Of a DNA stretch of 64,000 nt, positions 1 through 9,606 are shown piece after piece. The notes below the pieces were generated by a model. The model saw nothing but the letters and a program-made list of their open reading frames with translations, searched no databases and was not told the origin of the DNA. The stretch comes from an uncultured Gammaproteobacteria bacterium (lineage in GTDB: Bacteria; Pseudomonadota; Gammaproteobacteria; Eutrophobiales; Eutrophobiaceae), in contig OY282354.1 in NCBI GenBank assembly GCA_958295485.1, positions 2,812,042 to 2,876,041 of the forward strand, given 5' to 3'. Made by a program: the position numbers and the translations under genes. Every line of letters starts with the position of its first letter. Within the stretch, counting starts at the first letter, position 1.

Positions 1-865
1 CGGCGTGGCGCTGTCGGGTTGGACATTTCTCGCCCTCATCACCGGCACGCTTGCCGAGATCTGGGGCATCATGGTGGCGGCGCTCGTTCTGACAGTCATT
101 TCCTTTATCGATGATATAAGACATGTCCCGCTGTTGCTGCGGTTCGCCGGACATATCATTGCCGTTGCTTTCGGACTTACCCTTTTGCCTGATACGGCGC
201 TGCTTTTCGGAGGATTGCTGCCGTCCTGGGCGGATCGGCTGGTGACCGGCGTTGCCTGGGTGTGGTTCATTAACCTTTTCAACTTCATGGATGGAATCGA
301 CGGGATCACGGGTGTCGAAACCATCGCGGTGGCGGGTGGTCTCGCCACCGCGTTGTCGCTCATGGCTTTGAGCGGGGGCGGTGACTGGTCGATGACGCTG
401 CCGGCTGCCGTGCTGGCCGGCGCGGCCGCGGGTTTTCTTATGCTCAACTGGCATCCGGCGCGCCTGTTCCTGGGCGATGCAGGGAGTATTCCCCTCGGCT
501 ACCTGTTGGGCTGGCTGCTTGTCTGGACCGCCTGCGTAGCGGGCCTTTGGTGGCTCGCGTTGGCGTTGCCGTTGTACTATTGGGCCGACGCCACGACGAC
601 GCTGTTGGCCCGTGGGGCGCGGGGGGAGAAAATCTGGCGCGCCCATCGCCGGCACGCCTACCAGGTCGCAGTACAGGCGGGAGCGAGCCACGCCACCGTT
701 GCGGGATTCATTGCCCTGGTCAATGTCGCGCTAGTCCTCTTGGCGCTGCTGGCAGTGGCTGGGGTGATCCCCGTTTGGCCAATGATTGCCCTGGCCGTCG
801 CCCTGACCTCGATAGCGCTGTGGCGCCTTCGCCACTGGCCCGACAAACAAAGCGGTCTCAATTAA
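1..865 (+). CDS. polyprenyl-phosphate N-acetylhexosamine-1-phosphate transferase (WecA/WbpL/MraY family), 5'-truncated at window edge
   Basis: The ORF is open to the window start. NFMDGIDG and LFLGDAGSIPLGY motifs are characteristic of the MraY/WecA family. Many predicted TM helices. Confidence 0.8.
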   Translation, partial: GVALSGWTFLALITGTLAEIWGIMVAALVLTVISFIDDIRHVPLLLRFAGHIIAVAFGLTLLPDTALLFGGLLPSWADRLVTGVAWVWFINLFNFMDGIDGITGVETIAVAGGLATALSLMALSGGGDWSMTLPAAVLAGAAAGFLMLNWHPARLFLGDAGSIPLGYLLGWLLVWTACVAGLWWLALALPLYYWADATTTLLARGARGEKIWRAHRRHAYQVAVQAGASHATVAGFIALVNVALVLLALLAVAGVIPVWPMIALAVALTSIALWRLRHWPDKQSGLN

Positions 866-899
866 ATGCTTTATAAATCCAAGACATTGGTCGCTTGCG

Positions 900-2564
900 A
901 TGCCCTTGACTGACGATAAAGCCGCGCTCTTCATCCATATTCCCAAGTGCGCCGGCACAAGCGTGGAAATCGCCATGGGGTATGGCCATCGGTACCCGAC
1001 GTTGGGAGAATCAAGAACTGCCACGACACCGGACTACGATGATTTGTTCGGAGGCGGATTACAACACCTTTCCATGCGTGAAGTGAGTGAAAACTATTCG
1101 CATTGCCTGACCCCGGTCAACCTGCGATTTGCAATCATTCGGCATCCCATTGACAGGATTATTTCCGTATACGGTTGGCAAATATACCGGTTTGCCCGCG
1201 ATAACTTGCCCTCCACGCAGACCCTGTCCGGGGAATTTGAAGACTGGTTCGATGAAACCCTTCCCTTTCTGGAAGACAACTCGGTATTGGCGGATCCGCT
1301 TCAAGGTATATTGAGCGCCGAACACGCTTTCGATACACCGGTAATCAACGAAGAAAAAGGGCGCCACCTCATGCCGCAAACCGGCTTCATCTATAATCGC
1401 GGGAAGATAGACGTGGATTTGCTGATAAATTTCGACTCCGTCTCCGAGACTCGGGATATATTGAAAAGTTTCGGGATCAACGTCGGCAGCCTGCCTCACA
1501 GGATGAAGTCCATCAACGTCGCCGAGGTTAAAAGAAGTGTCTCGGAAAAATGTCGGAAACGAATCATGGACTTGTATCATTATGACCTTGAGCTATATGA
1601 AAATCTTCAGGGCCGGGCCTGTGTGGCGACTACGCCAATCGGCGCGGGCGCCGGGCCGGTGACTTCTTTCCCGCGCTCGTCAAAAGGACCGGGTTCCGAA
1701 AATAATATCCCCAAAAGACTATTCATGTATTGGCATCAGGGTTGGGACAACGCGCCGGACATCGTCAAACGCTGTGCCGCAACGTGGCAAAAGCACAACT
1801 CAACCTGGGACATCAACCTGTTGGATGCGACAAACATTGCCGGGAAAGTCGAACTTCCAGCCGCTGTAAAGACGTTGCAGCTGCCGCTCCCTGCGCTTTC
1901 GGACGTCATAAGGATATGCCTGCTCAAAAGGTACGGTGGGGTTTGGGCGGATGCCACGCTCTGGTGCACGCGACCGCTGGATGACTGGATCGAACCTGTT
2001 TGCGCTCGCAACGGTTTTTTCGCTTACGACAAACCGGGCCCCGATCGCCCCATCAGCAGCTGGTTTTTGGCCGCCGGCGCGAATTGTCGAATCATCGACC
2101 TTTGGCACTCCTCAATGCAGCATTTGTTGACAAAAACGCGAGCATACGCTCAATACGATAAGTGGTTCGACAATAAGCAGAAAGGTTGGCTGATTAATGC
2201 GGTTTCCAACCTGTGTATGAGCTACCTCCTGCTACGCTTCAAGTATGGAAAATTGTTGATGCCAACATCTGAAAATCCCGGAGGCAACAACTATTTTTGG
2301 TTTCACTACCTTTTCAGGGATTTGCTGGACCAGGATAGTGAATTTCGTCACCTCTGGACGTCCACTCCCAAGATAAGCGCCGACGGCCCTCACCTGTTGC
2401 AACATACCGGGCTCTTGAACCCGGCAACAGAACGAACCGATTTCGTTATCAGAAACAGATTTTCAAACGTGTTCAAGCTGACGCGTCGTGAAACTTTTCC
2501 TGAAGACATTGCCGGCGCGGTTCTGGATACCCTTTACCGCTCCGAAGATATTGTCAGGTACTGA
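900..2564 (+). CDS. two-domain fusion: carbohydrate sulfotransferase (N-terminal) + capsule-synthesis/OCH1-type glycosyltransferase-like domain (C-terminal)
   Basis: The N-terminus has the IHIPKCAGTS 5'-phosphosulfate-binding motif of Golgi-type/Sulfotransfer_2-like sulfotransferases. The C-terminal half (from about aa 260) has W..GWDNAP...W...N..WDINLLD and LKRYGGVWADATLWC blocks recalled from Caps_synth / DXD-sugar-binding GT families. Confidence 0.6.
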   Translation: MPLTDDKAALFIHIPKCAGTSVEIAMGYGHRYPTLGESRTATTPDYDDLFGGGLQHLSMREVSENYSHCLTPVNLRFAIIRHPIDRIISVYGWQIYRFARDNLPSTQTLSGEFEDWFDETLPFLEDNSVLADPLQGILSAEHAFDTPVINEEKGRHLMPQTGFIYNRGKIDVDLLINFDSVSETRDILKSFGINVGSLPHRMKSINVAEVKRSVSEKCRKRIMDLYHYDLELYENLQGRACVATTPIGAGAGPVTSFPRSSKGPGSENNIPKRLFMYWHQGWDNAPDIVKRCAATWQKHNSTWDINLLDATNIAGKVELPAAVKTLQLPLPALSDVIRICLLKRYGGVWADATLWCTRPLDDWIEPVCARNGFFAYDKPGPDRPISSWFLAAGANCRIIDLWHSSMQHLLTKTRAYAQYDKWFDNKQKGWLINAVSNLCMSYLLLRFKYGKLLMPTSENPGGNNYFWFHYLFRDLLDQDSEFRHLWTSTPKISADGPHLLQHTGLLNPATERTDFVIRNRFSNVFKLTRRETFPEDIAGAVLDTLYRSEDIVRY

Positions 2565-2632
2565 TTTGCCAGGCGCGAGACAGGCATGATTTTCAAACAA
2601 ATTCCGGGTTCCCACAGCGAACGTCGCTGACG

Positions 2633-4267
2633 ATGATGCGAATCCACGAACACTTGCTTGATTTCTTTATGGCGCTTTTTGCGCTGTCAAGCCTGACGCT
2701 ATGGGTAATTATCGTGGGCGGGGGGTCGTTCAGCGTCTACGCTGTCCTGGCGCTGGCAGCCCCGCTGGTTTCCGGTTACCTGGTCATGGTAAACGGTCGA
2801 AAGCATATCCCGGCGGCGCCCCCGGAACCTGTGGCCGAGGGCTACGGCAATCGCTTCAGGGCTGAGTCCGTTGCAATCTTTGTCCTGCTTCTTTTTATTT
2901 TCTTTTCGGAATCCAGCCTGATCATGATTTCCCTCCTGCTGATCGCGCTGTTTCTGCTCCTGCGGCAAACGGAGGTCTGTCCGCGGCCTTTTACCCCACC
3001 TTCAACCATGGAAAAATCACCATTCATGCTTATCGCCGCAGTGGTCATCGCCGTTTCCTATACGTTGATTTCACATCGGCCCACTCAAGACGACGCGCTC
3101 TACCTGTTTTTCGGACTGCTGCCTCTCGATCAGCCTCACTTGGCATTTAATCTCCTGCCAATCAAGACCTGGTATGACGATGGCTGGGTACTGGTCAGTT
3201 ACTCGACCATCGAAGCAGTCGTTTCATATTGGACCGGGGCTGATTTTCTAAAAATATACTACCTCGTTGTTCCTGCCTTGGCGGCCATGCTGTCCGCGCT
3301 CGCCTATTACGGGTTGTTTCAGAAGATCAGCAGTGACTATGCAGGCATGTTGACGCTTATGGCCATCATCATCCTGATATTGTGGGGCGATGGAAACCGG
3401 AGCCCCGGAAATTTCGCATTCGCTACCTTAGGCATTGGCAAGGCAATGTTTTATGCAGTGATCTGCCCTTATCTTTTCAGTTCGGCAATCGGTGTCTTTA
3501 CCGGTCTCCCAGGCAGCAACCTTCGTTTGGCGATGGCAAGCATTTGCGGCATCGGCTTGACCCAATCCGCTATCATCCTGCTCCCCCTGTTTTTTACAGG
3601 CATGATTTTGGCAGGGTGGCTGGTTTACAGGGAGCCACCGAAACGCGCGCGCTACCTGCCCTTTCTGGTGGGGTTGACTGTGTTCCTGACGCTGGGCGCC
3701 AGCGTGGTGATTTACCTGGGGAAAATTCCCATCGGCATTACCCGGGACTCCGGGCTCGTGGAGGCCCTTGATACCGCCTTCTACGACGGTCTGCGCGGAC
3801 CAATCGGCATCGCTTCCTTCGGCTTGTTGCCGCTGCTCGCGCACAACGCCACCAAACATAAAGCGGTTATCGCCGTGAGCGCGGGATTATTGTTGGTCGC
3901 GTTAAATCCTGTCACGGTCTTTCTCGCCGGACAAATCGCCTGGTCATTGACTTGGCGTCTGCAATGGTTGCTGCTGTTAGCCGGAGCGGCAGCCGCAGGC
4001 ATCTTCCTTACAGCCGATTTCATCTCCCGCGGCAAACCGTCTTTACGAGCGCTGCTTTGCGCTTTTGGTTTGATCGGATTCGCCATGCTGGGTCAGACAA
4101 CGTTTTCCATCTCGAACGGCAACCGTATCGGTATCCCCCAGATCAAGACGCCAGCCACCATAGATGGCGTTTTCGAACGTAACTATCGCAACCACTACAG
4201 GCTCCGGGACCACATGGAATATCGCCTGGAAAACGGGCGTATTTGCATGACGAATGGCTGCTACTGA
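2633..4267 (+). CDS. large polytopic inner-membrane protein (about 14 TM), function unknown; possibly Wzy/ArnT-like polysaccharide polymerase or glycosyltransferase
   Basis: 544-aa ORF made almost entirely of hydrophobic helices, with no soluble catalytic motif recognised. Its position is between a sulfotransferase-GT gene and ugd in a glycan locus. Confidence 0.35.
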   Translation: MMRIHEHLLDFFMALFALSSLTLWVIIVGGGSFSVYAVLALAAPLVSGYLVMVNGRKHIPAAPPEPVAEGYGNRFRAESVAIFVLLLFIFFSESSLIMISLLLIALFLLLRQTEVCPRPFTPPSTMEKSPFMLIAAVVIAVSYTLISHRPTQDDALYLFFGLLPLDQPHLAFNLLPIKTWYDDGWVLVSYSTIEAVVSYWTGADFLKIYYLVVPALAAMLSALAYYGLFQKISSDYAGMLTLMAIIILILWGDGNRSPGNFAFATLGIGKAMFYAVICPYLFSSAIGVFTGLPGSNLRLAMASICGIGLTQSAIILLPLFFTGMILAGWLVYREPPKRARYLPFLVGLTVFLTLGASVVIYLGKIPIGITRDSGLVEALDTAFYDGLRGPIGIASFGLLPLLAHNATKHKAVIAVSAGLLLVALNPVTVFLAGQIAWSLTWRLQWLLLLAGAAAAGIFLTADFISRGKPSLRALLCAFGLIGFAMLGQTTFSISNGNRIGIPQIKTPATIDGVFERNYRNHYRLRDHMEYRLENGRICMTNGCY

Positions 4268-4369
4268 ATGCGACGATAATCCGCAAGGGCGGGCCCCTAC
4301 GGGATTTAATGTCTCCTGCCCGTCTGAACCTGAACACCCCTTTTGCAGGAATTCCCGCTGCCAGGCAAA

Positions 4370-5674
4370 CTAACGGCCAACGCAAAAATAGTCAAATCCT
4401 GCCTCGCGCATCAGCTCGGGTTCATAAACATTGCGCAGGTCGATAAATACATTGCCGTGCATTTGCTTTTTGATTTCTTCCAGGTCCATGCCCCGATAAG
4501 CATTCCATTCCGTCATCAACACGACTGCATCCGCCCCGGCTAACGCTTCATGCATATCATTAAAAAATATGACGGTTTCGGGCAAAAGCGCTTTTGCCTC
4601 AGCCATGCCTTTTGGATCATGCGCATGTATCCTTGCGCCGTTTTCAATCAACTTTGGCAGGATGGACAGTGAAGGAGCGTCCCGCATGTCATCCGTCTCC
4701 GGTTTATAGGTCAGACCTAATACAGCTATAGTCTTGCCGATTTCGTTGCCCTCCAATGCTGTCCTGATCTTGCTGATCATTCTCGTCTTTTGCGCCTCGT
4801 TCACTTCGATAACCGATTCAACAATGCGGCTGGTCAAATTGTTTTCCTGCGCCATCCTTACCAGCGCCCTGGTATCTTTAGGGAAACAGGAACCGCCATA
4901 GCCGGGACCCGGGTGAAGGAATTTTCTACCTATCCGGCCATCCAGTCCCATACCTTTGGCAACGACGTGCACATCGGCATTCACAGCTTCGCACAGGACA
5001 GATATTTCATTGATAAAACTTATCTTTGTAGCCAAAAATGCATTGGAGGCATACTTGATTAACTCGGCGGTTTCCAGGTTTGTGATAAGAACGGGTGTTT
5101 CAATCAGGTTCAAGGGACGATACAAACGCTGTATTAATGTCTTTGCCCGCCCTGACTCTACTCCGACCACCACCCGGTCCGGATGCATGAAGTCAGATAT
5201 GGCAGCGCCCTCGCGGAGAAATTCAGGATTGGATGCAACGTCAAAATCAGCGCCTGAATTGACTTCCCTGATAATGCGCCAGACATTTCTTGCCGTGCCT
5301 ACGGGTACTGTGGACTTATTGACAATAACAGTATAGCCACTGAGATATGGGGCGAGGTCTTTTACGGCTTCATAGACGTAGCTTAAATCCGCATGACCAT
5401 CGCCCCTGCGACTGGGGGTGCCTACGGCAATAAAGACCAGGTCACTGTCAGGAATGGCGTCTTGATAACTATCGGTAAATTGCAATCTTGATTGCTTGAA
5501 ATTGCTTGCTACCAAATCATCAAGACCTGGCTCATAAATGAACATCTCACCCCTGTTGAGTTTGTTGATTTTTTCCGAATCGGTATCGATACAGGTGACG
5601 CTTGCGCCAAATTCAGCAAAACAAGCGCCTGAAACCAGGCCGACGTAGCCAGCCCCAACCATTGTGACATTCAT
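4370..5674 (-). CDS. ugd: UDP-glucose 6-dehydrogenase (nucleotide-sugar dehydrogenase family)
   Basis: N-terminal MNVTMVGAGYVGLVSGACFAEFG Rossmann motif. GGSCFPKD catalytic cysteine block. Length 434 aa is typical of Ugd. Confidence 0.8.
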   Translation of the reverse strand: MNVTMVGAGYVGLVSGACFAEFGASVTCIDTDSEKINKLNRGEMFIYEPGLDDLVASNFKQSRLQFTDSYQDAIPDSDLVFIAVGTPSRRGDGHADLSYVYEAVKDLAPYLSGYTVIVNKSTVPVGTARNVWRIIREVNSGADFDVASNPEFLREGAAISDFMHPDRVVVGVESGRAKTLIQRLYRPLNLIETPVLITNLETAELIKYASNAFLATKISFINEISVLCEAVNADVHVVAKGMGLDGRIGRKFLHPGPGYGGSCFPKDTRALVRMAQENNLTSRIVESVIEVNEAQKTRMISKIRTALEGNEIGKTIAVLGLTYKPETDDMRDAPSLSILPKLIENGARIHAHDPKGMAEAKALLPETVIFFNDMHEALAGADAVVLMTEWNAYRGMDLEEIKKQMHGNVFIDLRNVYEPELMREAGFDYFCVGR

Positions 5675-5709
5675 AGCAGTTACCCCTGTCTCCTATCACG
5701 CATTTCTTG

Positions 5710-6705
5710 TCATACCTTGTAATAATCTTTATACCAGTCGATGAATTTCTTTATGCCCTGTTGAAGTGAAACGCGTGTTTCAAATTTGAAATCTTTCAGC
5801 AACCTGGATGAGTCAGACAGGGTGTTGATAACGTCGCCCGGTTGTGCCCCCACAAATTGAATGGCAGCCTCCCTGCCGATTTCAGCCTCGAGAATTTTAA
5901 TGTAACCCATGAGATTCACCGCGTTTTGATTACCGATGTTATAAATCCTGTGTCTTGCCGGGCCGCTTGCAGGCTCAGGCCTGGTTGCATCCCTGGCCGG
6001 AATCTTATCCGTTATTCTTACCGTAGCCTCAACCGCGTCATCAATATAGGTAAAATCCCTTTGGTGCTTGCCCTGGTTGAAAACCCGGAGCGGTTCGCCG
6101 GCGTATATTTTTTTAGTGAAAAGCATGAGTGACATGTCCGGCCTGCCCCAGGGACCGTATACGGTAAAGTACCGCAGGGCGGTCATCGGTATGCCAAACA
6201 GGTGACTGTAGCTGTGCGCCATTAATTCATTTGCGCGTTTCGTGGCCCCATAGAGTGAAACCGGATGTGAAGCCGGGTCTGATTCTGAAAAAGGCATTTT
6301 CTCATTTGCGCCGTAAACCGAACTTGATGAGGCATACACCAGGTGTTCCACGCCTGTTGCGCGACAACCTTCCAGGATATTAAAAAAACCCGCGATGTTT
6401 GAATTAATACAGGTATGGGGGTGAGTAATCGAGTATCGGACACCGGCTTGCGCGGCCAGGTGGACTACGCGTTCAGGGTTAATCTCCTTGAACAGGTTTT
6501 CCACCTGGTTTGCATTCGTAATATCCAGTTTTTTGAAACTGAATTTTTCAAAGCCTGAAATGGCAGCCAACCGGTCCTGTTTGAGCTTGACGTCATAGTA
6601 GTCATTCAAATTATCGACCCCGATTATTTCATCTCCTCTCTCCAATAATAGTTTGGCCAATGCCGCGCCGATAAACCCGGCGCAACCGGTAACAAGAATC
6701 TTCAT
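5710..6705 (-). CDS. NAD-dependent nucleotide-sugar epimerase, UDP-glucuronate 4-epimerase-like
   Basis: MKILVTGCAGFIGAALAKLL Rossmann start and YASSSSVYG...YGATK catalytic motif of the extended SDR family (GalE/Cap1J/LpsL type). Adjacent to ugd. Confidence 0.8.
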   Translation of the reverse strand: MKILVTGCAGFIGAALAKLLLERGDEIIGVDNLNDYYDVKLKQDRLAAISGFEKFSFKKLDITNANQVENLFKEINPERVVHLAAQAGVRYSITHPHTCINSNIAGFFNILEGCRATGVEHLVYASSSSVYGANEKMPFSESDPASHPVSLYGATKRANELMAHSYSHLFGIPMTALRYFTVYGPWGRPDMSLMLFTKKIYAGEPLRVFNQGKHQRDFTYIDDAVEATVRITDKIPARDATRPEPASGPARHRIYNIGNQNAVNLMGYIKILEAEIGREAAIQFVGAQPGDVINTLSDSSRLLKDFKFETRVSLQQGIKKFIDWYKDYYKV

Positions 6706-6924
6706 TTACGCTTAAACCAGGAAAATATGATCCATGTTAAATACAGCTTGATATTTTGGCGTCCCCTGGGGAATTCGCGGAATCCCCAGATGGAATCGCC
6801 AGGCGCTCAGGATTATTGAATACCGGCCAACACACGGCTGCTCCGACAATAAATCTAAAGTCGAGTTGCAAGATCGAGTAAATATAGTAACAGATAAGGT
6901 CTGGACTATCTCACGCTCTCACAA

Positions 6925-8709
6925 CTAATGTGAATTCCTGGGCGTCCCATGGCGCTCAATAATCCGAACATATTCCTCATCTAACTCTAAACATGCTCCC
7001 CTGTCCAGCTGCCCTACTGTCTTTCGATAGAGCTCCTGCCAGGGTGTCGCATTCTCAAGCGCCTCTTTCTTCAATTTCGCTTTGCGGAGTTCCAATTCAG
7101 CAGATTCCACCAGCAGGTTTACACTGTTCGATACCAAGTCAATTTCCAGCATATCGCCATTCTCGAGTACAGCCAGACCGCCACCTGCGGCGGCCTCTGG
7201 AGACACGTTAAGGATCGACGGGCTTGCCGAAGTCCCGCTCTGACGTCCGTCGCCCATACAGGGCAGTTCGCGGATTCCCTGTTTAACCAGTATGGCGGGC
7301 GGCAACATATTGACCACCTCCGCAGAGCCAGGATAGCCCACCGGCCCACAGTTGCGGATAACCAGAATGCAGTGCTGATCAATATCCAATGAAGGATCAT
7401 CTATACGCTGGTGATAGTCTTCCGGCCCCTCAAAAATGACCGCTCTTGCCTGGAAACAATTTGGGTGTTGCGAATGGCTCAGATATTTTTCTCGGAACTC
7501 AGCGCTGATCCCGGACTTTTTCATTAGTGCGGAATCGAACAGGTTTCCGGACATAACGGCAAAGCCAGCGTTTTCCATCAAGGGAGCCGACACTGGTTTA
7601 ATCACTTTGTTATTGCCAGGGAAGCAGCCCGTTATGTTCTCGGCCAGTGTTTTGCCGGTTACGGTCAGGGTGTCACCTTCAATCAACCCTGCAGCAATCA
7701 GTTGGTTTAGAACAGCGGGCATGCCGCCGGCTCGGTAAAAGTCTTCGCCCAGGAATTCCCCTGTGGGCTGGCAGTTCACGATGAGAGGGATATGTTCTCC
7801 ATAGTTTTGCCAATCCGTGATATTTAAATCCTGTAATCCGAGCTGTTTGGCCATAGCCAGCCAATGCACAGGCGCATTGGACGACCCGCCGATGGCGCTG
7901 GTCACCACAATGGCATTATGGAATGCATCGGAGGTCATGATACGGCTGGGGCGAAGATCCTCATGTACCAGTGCAACGCTGCGAAAGCCGGTCTCATAGG
8001 CCATCTGCGCCCGCGCCTGGTAAGTTGCGGGAATCGCAGCACAGCCCGGCAACGACATGCCCAGCGCCTCAGCCATGCAGTTCATGGTCAGGGCAGTACC
8101 CATGGTATTGCAATGACCGACACTGGGACTGGAGTCGCGAACGTTGCGCATAAAGCCTTGATGATCGATTTCCCCGGCGGCGTATTGCTCGCGTGAACGC
8201 CAGATCACCGTACCGGAACCGATTCGCTCATCACCTTGCCAGCCGTTGTTCATGGGGCCGCCGGATAGCACGATAGCGGGGAGGTCAACAGCAGCAGCGG
8301 CCATCAAAGTGGCTGGTGTGGTTTTATCGCAGCCGGTAGTAAGCACCACACCATCAAGCGGATAGCCGTGCAGTATTTCCACCAATCCTAAAAATGCCAG
8401 ATTGCGATCCAGGGCGGCAGTGGGACGGCGACCCTGTTCATGAACAGGATGCACCGGAAACTCCAATGGAATACCGCCTGCGTCACGAATCCCGTCACGC
8501 ACCCGTTTTGCCAGTTCCAGGTGATGACGATTACAGGGCGCCAGATCGCTACCGGTCTGGGCGATGCCAATAATGGGTTTGCCGGACTGTAATTCCCCCG
8601 GGGTCAGGCCGTAGTTAAAATATCGCTCGACATAGAGCGCCGTCTGATCCGGCTGCCCGGGATTGTTAAACCAGTCTTCGCTACGAAGTCTTTTCTTACG
8701 TGAAGCCAT
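6925..8709 (-). CDS. IlvD/EDD-family sugar-acid dehydratase (L-arabinonate/D-xylonate/galactonate dehydratase type)
   Basis: 594 aa. N-terminal RSEDWF...PIIGIAQTGSDLAPCNRHH...TTGCDKTTPA...SGGPMNNGW blocks closely match recalled L-arabinonate dehydratase (AraC/XylD) sequences, including the Fe-S cluster cysteines. Confidence 0.85.
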   Translation of the reverse strand: MASRKKRLRSEDWFNNPGQPDQTALYVERYFNYGLTPGELQSGKPIIGIAQTGSDLAPCNRHHLELAKRVRDGIRDAGGIPLEFPVHPVHEQGRRPTAALDRNLAFLGLVEILHGYPLDGVVLTTGCDKTTPATLMAAAAVDLPAIVLSGGPMNNGWQGDERIGSGTVIWRSREQYAAGEIDHQGFMRNVRDSSPSVGHCNTMGTALTMNCMAEALGMSLPGCAAIPATYQARAQMAYETGFRSVALVHEDLRPSRIMTSDAFHNAIVVTSAIGGSSNAPVHWLAMAKQLGLQDLNITDWQNYGEHIPLIVNCQPTGEFLGEDFYRAGGMPAVLNQLIAAGLIEGDTLTVTGKTLAENITGCFPGNNKVIKPVSAPLMENAGFAVMSGNLFDSALMKKSGISAEFREKYLSHSQHPNCFQARAVIFEGPEDYHQRIDDPSLDIDQHCILVIRNCGPVGYPGSAEVVNMLPPAILVKQGIRELPCMGDGRQSGTSASPSILNVSPEAAAGGGLAVLENGDMLEIDLVSNSVNLLVESAELELRKAKLKKEALENATPWQELYRKTVGQLDRGACLELDEEYVRIIERHGTPRNSH

Positions 8710-8712
8710 GCA

Positions 8713-9606
8713 TCAGCTCTGTGAATTATCCAACCAGGACGCGGGAAAGCGCATATCCGGTATACCCTGAGTATTGGTTTTCAACGCGAATAGCGAACCG
8801 GCCAGAGGCTGCGCCTCTAATTCAGCGTCACTAAGGCCTTTTCTCGCGGTGGTAATGTACAAAGTGCGCAGATCGGAACCACCGAAACAGCAACTGGTGA
8901 CATTGGCTACCGGCATATCGACTACTTGATCCAGTGCGCCTCCAGGCGTATAGCGATGCAACCCCCATCCCGCAAACAACGCCACCCAAATATAACCCTG
9001 TTGATCGACAGTCATACCGTCGGGATATCCGAAATCTTCAGGAATAACAATGAAGGGGCGTTTGTTGGCAATCCCCCCTGCTTCATCAAGGTCAAAAGCG
9101 TAAATTGTCCTGTCCAGGGTTTCCGTGTGGTAAAGGATTTTTCCGTCCGAGCTCAGGGCTGGCCCATTGGTGATACCATAGCCCCTGTCCATGGCAACGA
9201 GTCCGCGATCGTCAAACCGGTAGAGCGTGCCGCAACGGGCGCTCTCCTTGTCATCCATGGTGCCAACCCAATATCGCCCGGATCGATCGAGCTTGCCGTC
9301 GTTGAAACGGTTGTTTTCGGGCTCTTGTTCAGGCCGATTCAGGAGTTTTATCCGGCTGATATCCAGGTCCAGCCTACCCAGTCCGTTTCTATGAGTGCAG
9401 AGATAACCGGCATCGCTACAAGGTACGATGCTGGTTACTTGCTCGGGGAAATACCAGCTTTCTTTCCGATCCATATCGGGTGAAAAACGATACACAAACT
9501 GTTGCTTGATATCGACAAAGAGCAGTTCCGCCTGGTCTTCAATCCAGACTGGCCCTTCACCAAGTTCGCAACCGCTCTGCCAGACGGCTTCTAGAAATCC
9601 ACCCAC
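8713..9606 (-). CDS. SMP-30/gluconolactonase/LRE-family sugar lactonase
   Basis: GEGPVWIEDQAELLFVDI, NDGKLDRSGRYWVGTM and GITNGPALS blocks of the six-bladed beta-propeller lactonases. Confidence 0.8.
   Translation of the reverse strand: MGGFLEAVWQSGCELGEGPVWIEDQAELLFVDIKQQFVYRFSPDMDRKESWYFPEQVTSIVPCSDAGYLCTHRNGLGRLDLDISRIKLLNRPEQEPENNRFNDGKLDRSGRYWVGTMDDKESARCGTLYRFDDRGLVAMDRGYGITNGPALSSDGKILYHTETLDRTIYAFDLDEAGGIANKRPFIVIPEDFGYPDGMTVDQQGYIWVALFAGWGLHRYTPGGALDQVVDMPVANVTSCCFGGSDLRTLYITTARKGLSDAELEAQPLAGSLFALKTNTQGIPDMRFPASWLDNSQS

Noticed and set aside
6735-6800. Perfect hairpin CTGGGGAATTCgcgGAATCCCCAG in the ugd-epimerase/dehydratase intergenic region as an intrinsic terminator
   Set aside because: It is not followed by a T-tract on either strand. 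It may still be a protein-binding or REP-like site, but a terminator call is unsupported.
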